A stretch of DNA of 64,000 bases from Camelus ferus. Lineage: Eukaryota. The position numbers were made by a program, and so were the translations under genes. Under the pieces are notes generated by a model. The model made no database searches, had not been told where the DNA came from, and saw only the letters and a program-made list of their open reading frames with translations. This document shows, piece after piece, positions 25,612 to 38,900 of this stretch; positions within the stretch are counted from its first letter, which is position 1, and each line of letters begins with the position of its first letter. The DNA lies in NCBI RefSeq assembly GCF_009834535.1, contig NC_045696.1, forward strand, positions 47,060,001 to 47,124,000, in the 5' to 3' direction.

Positions 25612-26853
25612 TTACCAAACATTTTAGCTGTTGCTCTGAGAAAGTTAGAAGCTATTAGAGTGACAGTTTGTCATATGGCAAATATTTTCCATATTTGTTT
25701 GATTTTTAATATGTTTTTGTTGCTTTTCCAATTTTTATATAGACATATCTGTAATAGAAAAGTATAATCATATTAAAAAGGCTGTCTTCCAAGGCTGTCT
25801 ATTCCATTATTTTCTTCAAGTATTTAAAATGTAACAATGAAACTATAAATTATTGATCTATCAGGTTTTATTTTGGTAAAATATAATGAGGGAATCAATT
25901 TTTATTTTTTAGAACAGTTTTAATCATTCTTAAATCTTATATCCTACAACAAATTTAGGGTACAAACTTGTAATAGAATTCCCAAGTGATTTCTTTAAAA
26001 TTTTCTTGTAGAAGTTTTTAAAAATAATTATATACTATTCTTTTTCAAGCTACTTTTTTTAGAGAGAAATTATGTATAATCCCATCTCCAGAGAAAATAG
26101 TTCTATTTTACTTACTTGAGTTTATATTGTGTGTATGCATTTTACCATCTATATATTTTCTTACTTTTTTTAGTTTTTGAAACACTATGTAAATGATTTT
26201 AATGGCTGCCTTGTGATTTGTACTATTATTGGACATTTAGGAATATGTTTTCAGGTTTTGTTTTGTTTTTTATGTGTAATTATAAATAACACCATGGTTA
26301 ACATCATTAGCATTTAATATTTAATTGAATTTGTTTTTGTATAGTTCCTGTAAAAGCAATACATGTCCACTGTGGAAAGCTTTAAATTAACAGACAAAAG
26401 CTATTATCCAGAGAACCACTATTAAACATATTCCAAAATCTTTATGCAACGATAATTTTTCAGTACCTATACGGCAGGCACTGCTTTAAATGTGAGGCCT
26501 GCTCTTCAGAGTTAACATCCTAGTGTACATTTTGTGATATGTCATGTCAATCTCCTATTTGCAGAAATGTGTGTGCTTTTACAAAGGGACTATGTTGTTT
26601 AAAAGTTGCATTGTAATCTGATTTTTCTCCTGTTATATTCAGAACTTTCTTCCATGCCACTGAACCGTCTTTTACAATGTCATCTTTAATAGTCGCAGAA
26701 TTATTTGTGTGGATGTACTGTAGTTCATTTAATGAATCTCCTATAGTCAGATGTGTTCATTCTTTCTTTTCCAATTCCTGCTTGCACTTAACATCTATAA
26801 CTTGCATATTTTGCTTCTCTTTGATAGTAGAACTAATACGACCTCCACAAGAC

Positions 26854-26917
26854 ATGAAGGCACAGGCAGTGGTGTCCTTCTTCTTCATTCTTACACCATC
26901 TCTATGTGGATCTCAGG
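26854..26917 (+). CDS. HHLA2: HHLA2 signal-peptide exon, coding part ([21 protein letters not shown]); exon probably starts at 26828 after ttgatag
   Basis: ATG at 26854, hydrophobic leader, donor G|GTAAGT at 26918, upstream pyrimidine tract with tandem TAGTAG acceptor. Confidence 0.93.
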
Positions 26918-29900
26918 GTAAGTTCCTTTATGACACACCCAAGTGTTAGTTGTCTGTATCATTAGCTGGGAACATGAACACAAAATACAAAGTGGCTGTT
27001 TCCTTTGTGGTCATAGCTGTATCAATTTTTCTGAGAGATCAATTAATTCGAAACAGTAAGCAGACTGGAAGTTTGCATGCAGATTGAAAATCACGTTTTC
27101 TTTTGTCTACTCTGATTAAGACTCTTTCTCATCTGTTATCTGCCACCAGATATAAACTCACTAGAAAGGCAAGTTTGGTTAATTTTTTTTAAATGTAAGC
27201 CTGGTACTTTCTTGACACTTACAGAAGGCATTATAGGTCCTATGACAGGCATTTTTAATTATCTGATGAAATATTAGAAGTGTTTAGTAGAGCAACTGGA
27301 GAGGTCAACAAAACCACTCCTTTTCCTTCCCATCTTTCCATGTCTTTCTCTCAGCATAATACCATATTCCTCTAGCCCTTTGTACAGAAATAAACCAAAT
27401 CTCTCTGAGGGAGAGGCGTGGGACATGGCAGAGTAGAAAGAGCCCCAGAGGAGGAGGCAGAGGAAAAAGATTTTGTGACGGGGCCATATAAGCACCCAGT
27501 TCTCCCATCTTGGGTAGCTTTGGCCAAGGTCCAAAGAAGTTTACTCCACTGTCCCTAAGATAAGGTCATTTCCAATGCTAATATCATAGAATCCATAGAC
27601 AGGGCACGTGATCTACTTAAAATGTGAATTGGTCAGAGAAGCTGGATACTGCCTTCAATGATTATGAAATGGGTAAGTATATTTTCTTTACAAAAACCTT
27701 AATTGTGGTGAATCTGTTTGCTTTTTAATATATACTTATATATAAATATATATTAGGTAGATTGGATCTCTACATTTATATCCAGGATATTTAACTATAT
27801 TTTGATTGACTCATAGGATATCATGAGAGCTGTCTTAAAGCCAAAATAAGTAAGTTACTTCATTTCCCCTCTTGGACTCCTCCTGGCCATGTACTCCCTT
27901 TTGAGACTAATGTCTGCCCATGCCCAACACATTCCTCAAGGCAGCGTTGTCTTCTACATGCTCCAAATATTTCCTAAACCAACCAAGTGAAGTTTGTTTC
28001 ATTCTTTTAGGGCCTGCTGGGTCTTGCTAGCTGGATAAACTAATTTGCTATTGTTGCAGTAGATGTTAAAAGTAAATGTATTCAGGGAATAAAAGCCAAC
28101 AGGAATCTTTAATTTATACAATATACATAATTTCCAGCAACTGTAGCAGGCCAGGATCAGAGGAGAGATGAGACCATTGATCAACTACAGAGCAAGCTAG
28201 TGTTTCTATGCTTTAGTCTGTTGTCAATTCTCATAGTTACATTGAATCAAACAGATATTCAATTAAAATTACAAAAATTCAAACACAGAGCTTCATGGCT
28301 TGTTTCTAGTAATTAGACCAGCAAGGGTTCTTGATGGATGATGTGATCTGTTAATGGTCAGGCTGCTGACCTGGAATAGTTCTAAGTAATCCTGATAGAA
28401 CCCTTGATAAGCACCCATCACTAATTCTATTCGTAACTGCTCTTGTTTTTAGATGCATTCTCTCTAGCTTCCTTCAGTTATGCTAGCAGTACTAGAAGCG
28501 AACAAATAGTCATTGGAAGACTTGATGAAGATGTAATTCTCCCTTGCTTATTTGAGAGTGGGCTCAACGTTGTAATTCACTGGAAGAATCAAGATAACTA
28601 TGTTTACTCATACTACAAAGACAGTGACCAGTTGGAAAAGCAAAATCTCAGATACGTAAACAGGACATCCCTCTTCCATGGTGAAATTCACAAAGGGAAT
28701 GCCTCCCTATCTTTCCAAAGATTAAGCCTTCAGGATGAAGGAATTTACATATGCTATGTGGGAACATCATCTGGAAAAATCACAAACAAAGTTGTACTAA
28801 AAGTGGGAGGTAAGTGTGCATGTAAGTTTGCATTAAATAGGACGATATCATTTCATTCCATGTTTTCTGAAATGCCTTCTTTTTAATTTAATATGCTTTG
28901 GACTTCCTTCCAAGTCAATATGCACCGGTCTACCTCATTATTTGAAAACACGGTGTCTCATAGTATAGACACGCTGTAATCGATACTCCCATTCCTTCAC
29001 TGGTAGGTATTGAGGTATTTGCAGTATTTTCCATGACAAAAAGAAGAACGTTGTGATGAACATCCTTATATTTAAGACTGGGAAATGATATGAAATAAAA
29101 GTACCAGTAATAAGATTTTAATATGTTACTTCTATCCGTGGTGTAGAATTTTCCCCTTCAGTCTTACCAGCACCTAATATTACCAATCTCAAGAATTTCT
29201 GTTGGGGGAGAGTATTGCTCAGTGGTAGAGTACATGCTTAGCATGCACAAAGTCCTGGGTTCAATCCCCAGTACTTCCATTTAAAAAAAAATTTAAAAAT
29301 AAATAGACCTAATTGCCTCTCCCACAAACAAACAAAGCTTAAAAAATAAAAATAAAAAATTTAAAAGAGAAACTTAAAAAAAAGAATTTCTGCCAGTATA
29401 AAAACTTAAAATATTGAATTACTGATTTAAGTGACATTTTTCTATTTTCTAAGTGGAATTAATTTTACGATTACATGCTTTCCTCCTGTCTGTATTAACT
29501 TTATTTATCTGTTCATTTACTTACTGAGGGGAAGGGGCATTTTCTAATGCATTGTTTTATCCAGCATTTGTTCCTTCTCCCTCTGTTCCATTTAGCTGCT
29601 TTAGACCTCGATTCAGAAATCTAAGAATTATGTGTAAACAAAGAGTCCAAACGGCTCTGAGTCAGTACGTGAAGAGTACAGAGTGCTGCACGAGGTCTAG
29701 TTTATTGACTTCAACGCTGCATTTTGGTTGCTCAGTGAGGCTGTTAGATTTTTCTCTAGAATTCTTTCTAGAGAACTGAACTTGCTAGTTGCTGTGTACC
29801 CAGGCGTGCTCTTTTTTTCCTTGTAGAGAACCGCACTATATTTTGAGGTTCTACAGAGTTTTTGTTTTGATTTTCCTTTCTGAATCTGCCAAGTTTTGCT

Positions 29901-32900
29901 CACAAAGCTTGGCTTTTCATTTCATGGATACTAAAATAATAAGTGTTCTGCACAGATGGCCTAAAAAGAAGCTAATGACAGTTCCTCATATGCCCTTCTT
30001 TCTCCCCCATAGTTTTTGCCACACCTGTGATGAAGTATGAAAAGAAGAACACAAACAGCTTCTTAATATGCAGTGTGTTAAGTGTTTATCCCCATCCAAT
30101 TATCACATGGGAAGTGGATAATGCACCTATCTCCGAAGGCAGTGAGGAAGAAATTGAGTCTTTGGATCCTTTTCATATTAACAGTAGAGTAAAGATTACT
30201 GGGTCAAATTCATCTTATCAGTGTGATATTGAAAATACACTACTGAAGCAAACATGGACAGGGAGATGGACAATGAAAGGTAGGCTCCAGAGGGCTTTCT
30301 GTGTTCCATGTGCCGGCAGAGGTCAGGAGGGAATGGGGGTTGATTTGCAGGGAAAGAAAGGAACATAAAGGAAAGGAAGTGCATTTGCTGCAGTTAGGAG
30401 ACTGAGACTGGAGTCCCAGGTCTGATATTACTGGCTGTATTACCTCAAGCAATCATCTTTACTTCTGTACATCGGTTCCTCGTTGATAAAGTGGAAGTAA
30501 TTCTTGCAATGTGTTTATGAGTTGAAGGAAAACATTTATGAAATAGAAAGTAGCAAATATATCCATGAACATTACTGTATTTCTCTATGGCTCATCCTCT
30601 ACACAGGATTTTCGACCTGCATCGCACTTTCGATGATCAGAGAAGGAAAGGATGCTTGTCTACTAGCAGGTCACAACCTCTGATTCTTGACAATTGTTCA
30701 ACTAACAAAAATTAGTATTGCTTCTGTTTAGTCTCTTTACGTTCAGTCTCCTTAAGTAGTATTAGCTCATTAATCTTTATAAACACCTCTATCATAGCAT
30801 GGGCAGTTTTTAACACTCCTTCCTCTCATTTACTTGAATAAACCCAAACCTTGACCTATCTCTATATCTATAACCTACTGTTTAAGAAAAGTTTAAGGGG
30901 GAAAAAATTGGTTTGACACCATTTATCCAATTCTGAGGAAAATTATTGGTTTTTATTTCATTAGAAGCAAAGCAAAAATTTTCTGTGAATCATTATATGG
31001 GGAAAGTGGAGATTAGCTATCCTTTCTGGCCTTCTCTTCCCTTGAGTTTCTTTTTTTCTAATGTTTAAATTTACTGAAATATTAGGTAAACAACAAGTTC
31101 ATACTGTATATCTCAGGAAACTATATTCAGTATCTTGTAGTAACTTATGGTGAAAAAGAATATGAAAATGAATATATATGTTCATGTATAACTGAAGCAT
31201 TATGCTGTACACCAGAAACTGACACAACATTGTAAACCAACTATACTTCAATAAAAATATACATATAAAAAAATATTGAAATATAGTTGACTTACAATGT
31301 TAAATTAGTTTCAGGTATAAAACACAGTGGTAAGATACTGTTATAGATTGCATACCATACAAAGTTATTATGAAATGTTGACTATATTCCTTGTGATATG
31401 CATTACATCTCTGTGACTCATTTATTTTATAACTGGTAAAGTTTGTATCTCTTAACCTCCTTTACCCATTTCGCTCCTCTCCTATCCCTCTCCCATCTGG
31501 TAACCACTGATTTGTTCTCGGTGTTTGTGAGCCTGTTTCTGTTTCATTATATACATTTGTTTTTGTTTTTTAGATTCCACGTATAACTGAAACCAGACAG
31601 TATTTGCCATTCTCTGCCTACTTATTTCACTAATCATCATACCCTTACAAGTCCATCCATGTTGTCACAAACAGCAAGATTTCATTCCTTTTTATAGCTG
31701 AGTAATATTCCATTGTGTGTATGTGTAACTCACATTTATCCATTCATCTGTCAGTGGACACATATGGTTGCCTCCATATCTTGGCTATTGTAAATAATGG
31801 TGCTATGAGCTATGAACATTGGGGTACATATATCTTTTTGAATTAGTGTTTTTGTTTTATTCAGATAAACACCCAGGAGTGGAATTTCTGCATCATTATG
31901 GTAGTTCTGTTTTTAATTTTGGGGGCAACATCCATCATGTTTTCCATAGTGGCTGCACCAATTCACATTCCCACTAACAGTGCACAAGGGTTCCCCTTTC
32001 TCCAGTTGCCCACCAACAAGTGTTGTCTTTTTGATAACAGTATTTCTGACAGGCGTGAAGTGATATCTCATTGTGTTTTAAATTTGCACTTCCCTGATGA
32101 TTAGTGATGTGAAGCATCTTTTCATGTGCCTGTTGGCCATCTGTATGTCTTCTTTGGAAGAATGTCTATTCAAGTCTTCTGCCCATTTTTAAATCAGGTT
32201 GTTTGGGGCTTTTTTTTTTTTTTTTTTTTGAATTGTGTAAGTTCTTTATATGTTTTGGATATTAAACCCTTATCAGGTATATTACTTGCAAATAGCTTCT
32301 CCCATTCAGTATGTTGCCTTTTAGTTTTATTGGTGGATTCCTTCCCTGTGTAAAAGCTTTAAAATTTGATTAGGTCCCATTTGTTTATTTTTGCTTCTGT
32401 TGCCCTTGCCTGAGGAGACTGAGCCAAAAAAAATATTAAGACTGATATCAAAGAGCATGCTATCTATGTTTACCTCCATGAATTTTATGATTTCAGGTCT
32501 TAAATTTAAATCTTTAACCCATTTTGAGTTTATATTTATATACGGTATAAGAAGTTATTCTAGTTTTTTTTTTTTTAATATGTAGCTGTTCAGTTTTCCC
32601 AGCACCACTTATTGAAGAGACTACCCTTTCCCCATTGTATATTTTTGTCTCCTTTGTCAGAGATTAACTGACCGTATGTGTATGCATTTATTTCTGAGTG
32701 CTCTATTCTGTTCCATTGATCTATGTGTCTGATTTTGTGCTGGTACCATACTGTTTTGATTACTATAGCTTTGTAGTATAGTTTGAAGTCAGGGAGCATG
32801 GTAACTCCAGTTTTGTTCTCTCTCAAGATTGTTTTGGCTATTTGGGGTCTTTCGTGTTTCCATACAATTTTAGAATTATTTGTTCTTGTTCTGTGAAATA

Positions 32901-35900
32901 TGCCATGGGTATTTTGATAGGGGTTGCATTAAATCTGTAGATTGCTTTGAGTAGTATGGACATTTTAACAATGTTAATTTTCCAGTCCATGAACACAGGG
33001 TATTTTCCCATTATTTGTATTATTTTCAATTTCTTTTATCAGTGTCTTATTTTTATAGTACAGATCTTTCACTTACTTGGTTAGATTTATTCCTAGGTAT
33101 TTTTAAAAATTTGATTATAAATGAGATTGTTCTAATTTCTCTTTCTGATAGTTCATTATTAGTGTACAGAAACACAACTGATTTTTGTACACTGATTTTG
33201 TATCCAGCAAATTTACTAAATTTTTAAATTAGTTCTAACAGTTTTTTTGGTGTATGTGGAGATTTTAGGGTTTTCTATATATGATATCATGTCATGTGCA
33301 CATAGTGACAGCTTAACTTCTTCCCTTCCAATTTGGTTGCCTTTTGTTTTTCTCTCTTATCTGATTGCTGTAGCTAGGACTTCTAATACTATGTTAAATA
33401 GAAGTGGCAAGAGTGGGCATTCTTGTTCCTGATCTTGGAGGGAAAGCTTTTAACTTTTCACCCTTGGGTATGATTTTATCCATGGTTTTATCATATATGG
33501 CTTCTATTATTTGCATGTATGTTCTCTTTTTATTATATGAATGAATGTGGAGAGTTTTTATTATAAGTGAATGTTGGATTTTTTTCAAATGCTTTTTCTG
33601 CATCTTTTGGGATCATGTGATTTTTATCTTTCACTTTATTAGGTATATTATATTGATTGATTTATGGATATTAAACTATCCTTGCATCCCTGGGATAAAT
33701 TGCACTTGATCATGACATATGATCCTTTTAATGTATTGGGTTTTTTGTGAATCTTTTTTTTTTTATTGAAATATAGTTGCTTTACAATGTTGTGTTAATT
33801 TCTGGTGTACAGCACAGTGATTCATATATATGTGTGTGTGTGTGTATAGTATATATACACATACACACACATACACATACATATTCCTTTTCATATTATT
33901 TTTCATTATAGGCCATTATAAGGTATTGAATATAGTTTCCTGTGCTATATAGTAGGACCATGTTGTTTACCTTTTAATGTATTGTTGAATTAATTTGGTT
34001 TGCTAATGTTCTGTTGAGGATTTTTGATGCTATGTTCACTTGCAATATTGACCAGTAATTTTCTTTTCTTGTAGTGTTTTGTTTGGTTTTGTATCAGGGT
34101 AACATTGGGCTTGTAAAATGTGTCTGGAAGCATTCTCTCCTCTTCAGTTTTTTGGAATAGTTTGAGAGGGTTAATCATTAATCCTTTAAATATTTGGTAG
34201 AATTATTCTGTAAAGCCATTTGGTCCTGGAATTTTGTTGAGGTTTTTTGATTACTGATTCATTTTCACTTGTATGATTCAGTCTGTTCAGATTTTCTACT
34301 TCTCCCTGAATCAGTCTTAGAAAATTGTAAATTTCTAGGGATTTATCCATTTCTTCCAGGTTGTCCAATTTGTTGATGTATAAATTTTCATAGTCTCTCC
34401 TATGATTGTTTCTGGGATATTGGCTGTAACTTCTCCTCTTTGGTTTCTAATTTTATTTATTTGGGACCTCTTTTTCTTGATGAGTTGGGCTAAATGTTTT
34501 TCAATTTTGTTTATCTTTTCAAAGAAACAGCTCTTAGTTTCATTGATACTTCTAATCTTTGGTCTCTTTATCCTTTATTTCTACTCTGACCTTAATATTA
34601 TTTCCTTCTACTGGCTTTGAGCTTTGTTTGTTCTTTTTTCTATATCCTTTAGGTAGAAAATGACATTATTTGAGATCTTTCTTGTTTCTTGAAGTAGATT
34701 TATATTATGATAAACTTCCTTCTTAGAACTGCTTGTGCTGTGTCCCATAGGTTCTGAACATTGTGTTTCTATTTTCATTTGTCTCAAGATATTTTTTAAT
34801 TTCCTCTTTGATTTCTTCATGACCCTTTGGTTTTTCAGTAGCTTGTTGTTTAGTCTCCATGTGTTTGTGTTCTTTCCAGTTTTATTCCTGTAATTGATTT
34901 ATAGTTTCATACTGTTGTAGTCAGAAAAGATGCTTGATATGATTTCAATCTTAAATTTATTGAGACTTGTTTTTTAGCCTAGCATGAGATCCATCCTGGA
35001 GAATGCTCCATGTGCCTTTAAAAGAATGTAGATTCTGATTTTTTTTGTATGAAATTGTCTCTAGTTATTTATTAAGTCCATCTGGCCTAATGTGTCATTT
35101 AAGACCACTGTTTCCTTACTGATTTTCTGTCTGGATGATCTATCCATTGATATAAGTGGGATATTGAAGTCCCCTACAATTATTGTATTACTGTCAATTT
35201 CTCCCTTGCATGTCTGCAATATTTGCTTTATATATTTTGGTTTCTCCTATGTTATGTGCATATATGTTTATAAATGTTAAATCTTCATAGATTGACCCTT
35301 TATCATTATATAATTTCCTTTTTGTCTTTTGTTGTGGACTTTATTTTAATGTCTATTTTGTTTGATGTGAGTATTGCTACCCCAGCTTTCTTTTTGTTTC
35401 CATTTGTATAGAATCTTTTCCCATCCATTTATTCTCTGTGTGTATCTTTAGCTTTGAAATGAATCTCTTATAGGCAGCATAAATAGTTCTTATTTTTTTA
35501 TCCATTCACCCACCCTATATCTTTTGATTGAAGTGTTTAGTCCATTTACTTTTAAGTGATTGTTGATAGGTATATACTTACTGCTGTTTTGTTACTTGTT
35601 TTCTGATTATTTTTGTAGTTCTCTGTTCTTAAGTCACTTCCCTTATGGTTTGATAACTTTCATTAGTGTTATTGTTGGATTCATTTCTCTTGGTTTTTAT
35701 CTCTTGTAGTTGGTTTTTGTGGTTACTATAAGATTTGTACATATTAAAATATATATATATATATTTTTTTTATTTTAAACTGATAGTCATTTAAGTCAAA
35801 CACATTCTAAAAGTTCTACATGTTTACTCTCCCTGCAAAAGTTTTGTTTTTATGTCATATTTTACATCTCTATGTGTATCCCTTAATTCTTGTACTTATA

Positions 35901-38900
35901 GTTGGTTTTACAACTTTTTTAACCTTTATACTAACTTTTTAAAGTAGTTGATCCATTTCCTTTACTCTACATTTGCCTTTACCAGTGAGATTTTTTTTCC
36001 TTCATGTATTTTCTTATTATGGCCTTCTTTTTTCACTTAAATAAGAACTTTTAACATTTCTTGTAAGGCCAGTTTACTGGTGATGAACTCTTGGTAGGTT
36101 TTGTTTGTTTGAGAAACTCTATTTCTTCAATTCTGAGTGATAACCTTGCTGGGAAGAGTATCCTAGGTTATATGTTTCTTCTTTTAAGCACTTTACATTA
36201 TATCAGTGCTTTCATACAACCAGTCCTTTCTAGCCTTCAACATTTTTGCTGAAAAATCAGCTTATGGTCTTATAGGGGTCCCCTTGTTTGTGACTCTTTG
36301 CTTTTCTCTTGCTGCCTTGGAAATTCTCTTTTTATCTTTAATTTTTGCCATTTTAATTATGATATGTTGCTGTGGATATCTTTGGGTTCATTTTGGGGGG
36401 AACCCTTTGAGCTTCCTAGACCTGGATTTCTGTTTCCTTTTTCAGGTTAGGGAATTTTTCAGCCATTATTTCATCAAATATGTTTTCTTCCCCTTCCTCT
36501 CTCTCTTTGACTTCTGGGACATCTATAATATAAATACTAGCATGCTTGCTGTTGTCCCAGAAGTCCCTTAAACTATCCGCATTTAATTTTTTTTTCTTTT
36601 TGCTATTTTGATTAGGTGATTACTACTACTCTGGCTTCCAGGTCACTTGTACATTCTTATGTATTACCTAATCTGTTGTTGATTCCCTCTAGAGTAATTT
36701 TCATTTCAGTTATTGTATTCTTCAGCTCTTATTGGTTCTTTTTTTACATTTTCCAATTCTTTGTTGAAGTTCTTACTGTGTTCTATTCTTTTCTTGAGTT
36801 CACTTAGCATTTTTATGATCATTGCTTTGAACTCTTTATCAGGTAAATTATTTATCTCCATTTCATTAGGGTTGTTCTTTCATTTGGAACATATTTCTCT
36901 GTCTTCTCATTTTGTTCAACACTCTGTGTTTGTGAAATTAGGCAAAACAATTACCTATCCCAGTCTTGAAGGCATGTCCTTGTGGGGGAGTGTCCCCATG
37001 CAGTCTCTGTGTGCCCATGGCTTTGGTGGGAGAGCTGAATATGAAGCAAGCATAGAGAGGGTCTTTTTCTGGGGCACACCAGGGCCATCAGCTTGGTAGG
37101 GGTTAGCTGGAGCTGGGGAGGTGGCCTAGAGTTGAAGCACAGCATAGGCCAGGGCCTTTCCTGGGACATACAAGGGCTGCTGCTTTGGCGGGAGTGGGGT
37201 TGGAGCGAGAGCCTAGTGCAGGCTGGAAGGCATGCTGGGCAGTCCTGGCAGGTTGGCTAGAGTACCCACCAGTCACTCTTCAGTCTTCTTCCTCTGCACT
37301 GGGAGTAGAAGTGAGTAAGTTTGTATACCTGTCCTTGAACAGAGGAGTCTCAGGTGCCAATAGATTTCTGGTTCTCCTAGCTGTAAACCCCACTGGTTTT
37401 CAAACCAGTTAAGGGGGCTCATCTTCTCAGTGCCAGACCACAGGTTTGGGGTTCCCAGTGTGGGGCTCATACCCCTTCCTCCTTAGGGAGGATCTCTCAG
37501 TTTTTGATATTTGCCTTCTCTTCTGCACCACCCTCGTGGGTGAGTCCTGATGAGATCATTTCTCTCCGCCTCCTTCCCACCTCAGCGTGATTTTTTCTTT
37601 ATATCTTTAGATGTATATGAGCCGTTCTGCTGTTCTTCAAAGGGTACTCTCAGCAAGAGTTGCCTCTATGCAGTAGTTGTAGTTTTGGTGTGCCATGGGA
37701 GGAGGTGAGCTCAGGGTCTTCTTACTCTACCAGCTTGATCCTGCCTCTACCCCTGAGTTTCACATTCTCAAAATATTTACCAAGAGGACACTAAAATTAT
37801 GAGTATGTCACCACCTTTATATGATTTCAGTGTTAAAGGCATGGGCAAGCCATTGTTCACTTTTCTTCAGCTGGGCTGCAATGAAAACTAGGGGAAGTGT
37901 TGCAGTTGTTAATTGTTAATATTAAATTGTAAATATTTTCTTTGGACCATCATATCTTCTCATGTTTATTCAGAATTGAGTATCCTGAAGTTCTAAGTTC
38001 TATCCTGAGTCCTTAGACTCAGTGCTATTTTGTTTTGTCAAGGATCTATTATGTGCCAAGCTTTGTCATGCTCAGACTTTGAACTTAAGACTGAACTCTT
38101 ACTTCTGGATCCACAGCATATAGTACAAACATGTAAAAATACAACTAAACCAGGAAGGTAGCAAACAAAGGGAGTGATTAATTCTGTTCACTGTGGATCA
38201 GGTTGTTACAGAATATATGCTTAAGGAAGTTGCACAAGGGCAGAATTTTAAGAGTAGTAGGGAATTCCAGGAGACCACAGATATTCCAGGTGAAAAACAT
38301 ACTATGCACAAAAGCACAAAGGAGTAAATAAATACTGCCTGGATTTGTAGAAGTGTAAGTGGTTGAGGGTGAAACTGAAGTATCAGGAGATAAGCCTGGA
38401 GAGGGAGGCAAACATCAGATCAAAGGACTTCATCTTGCTGAGGAGCTGGAGCAGGTCCTGGAGGGAGTGTGGAGCCAGAGGAGGCTATGAAGCCTCAGAG
38501 AGAATGGAGCTGGCATTCTAGATGGCTTGCTTTGGCATCACTCTCTTGCAGGTGGACCGCAAATTAGGTGAGTCTAGAACCAGGGAGGACAATTCATGGT
38601 AGTCCCTAGAGGTCAGCTGACAGAACTCCAGCACAGGAAGGACAGGAGGGAGCTCGCTCTGGAGGGGCAAGCTAAGAGTACCCCGCAGAGAGTCCCTGCT
38701 CTACAACCCAGTGGGGGATAGCCTGCACACAGCTGCAAATAGATTTCTTACGTGCAGGGGAAGAGACTTTGTCCAGAAAGAGAGATTAAGAAGTGGTTGA
38801 GACCATGAAAGGAGCAGAGGCCACTAAGGAGTAGACAGCATGACAAGAAGGCAGTCATAGGGAACATCAGCATTCAAGGGGCCCACAGAACACAGAGGTA

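Larger units (their letters stand above)
31051..37744 (-). mobile_element. Near full-length decayed L1 (about 6.7 kb including nested inserts) in the HHLA2 IgC-IgV2 intron
   Basis: 5' UTR, ORF1 and ORF2 remnants ([28 protein letters not shown]) and 3' UTR; TSD ctcttcccttgagtttc (31034-31050) / ctctacccctgagtttc (37745-37761). Confidence 0.92.
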
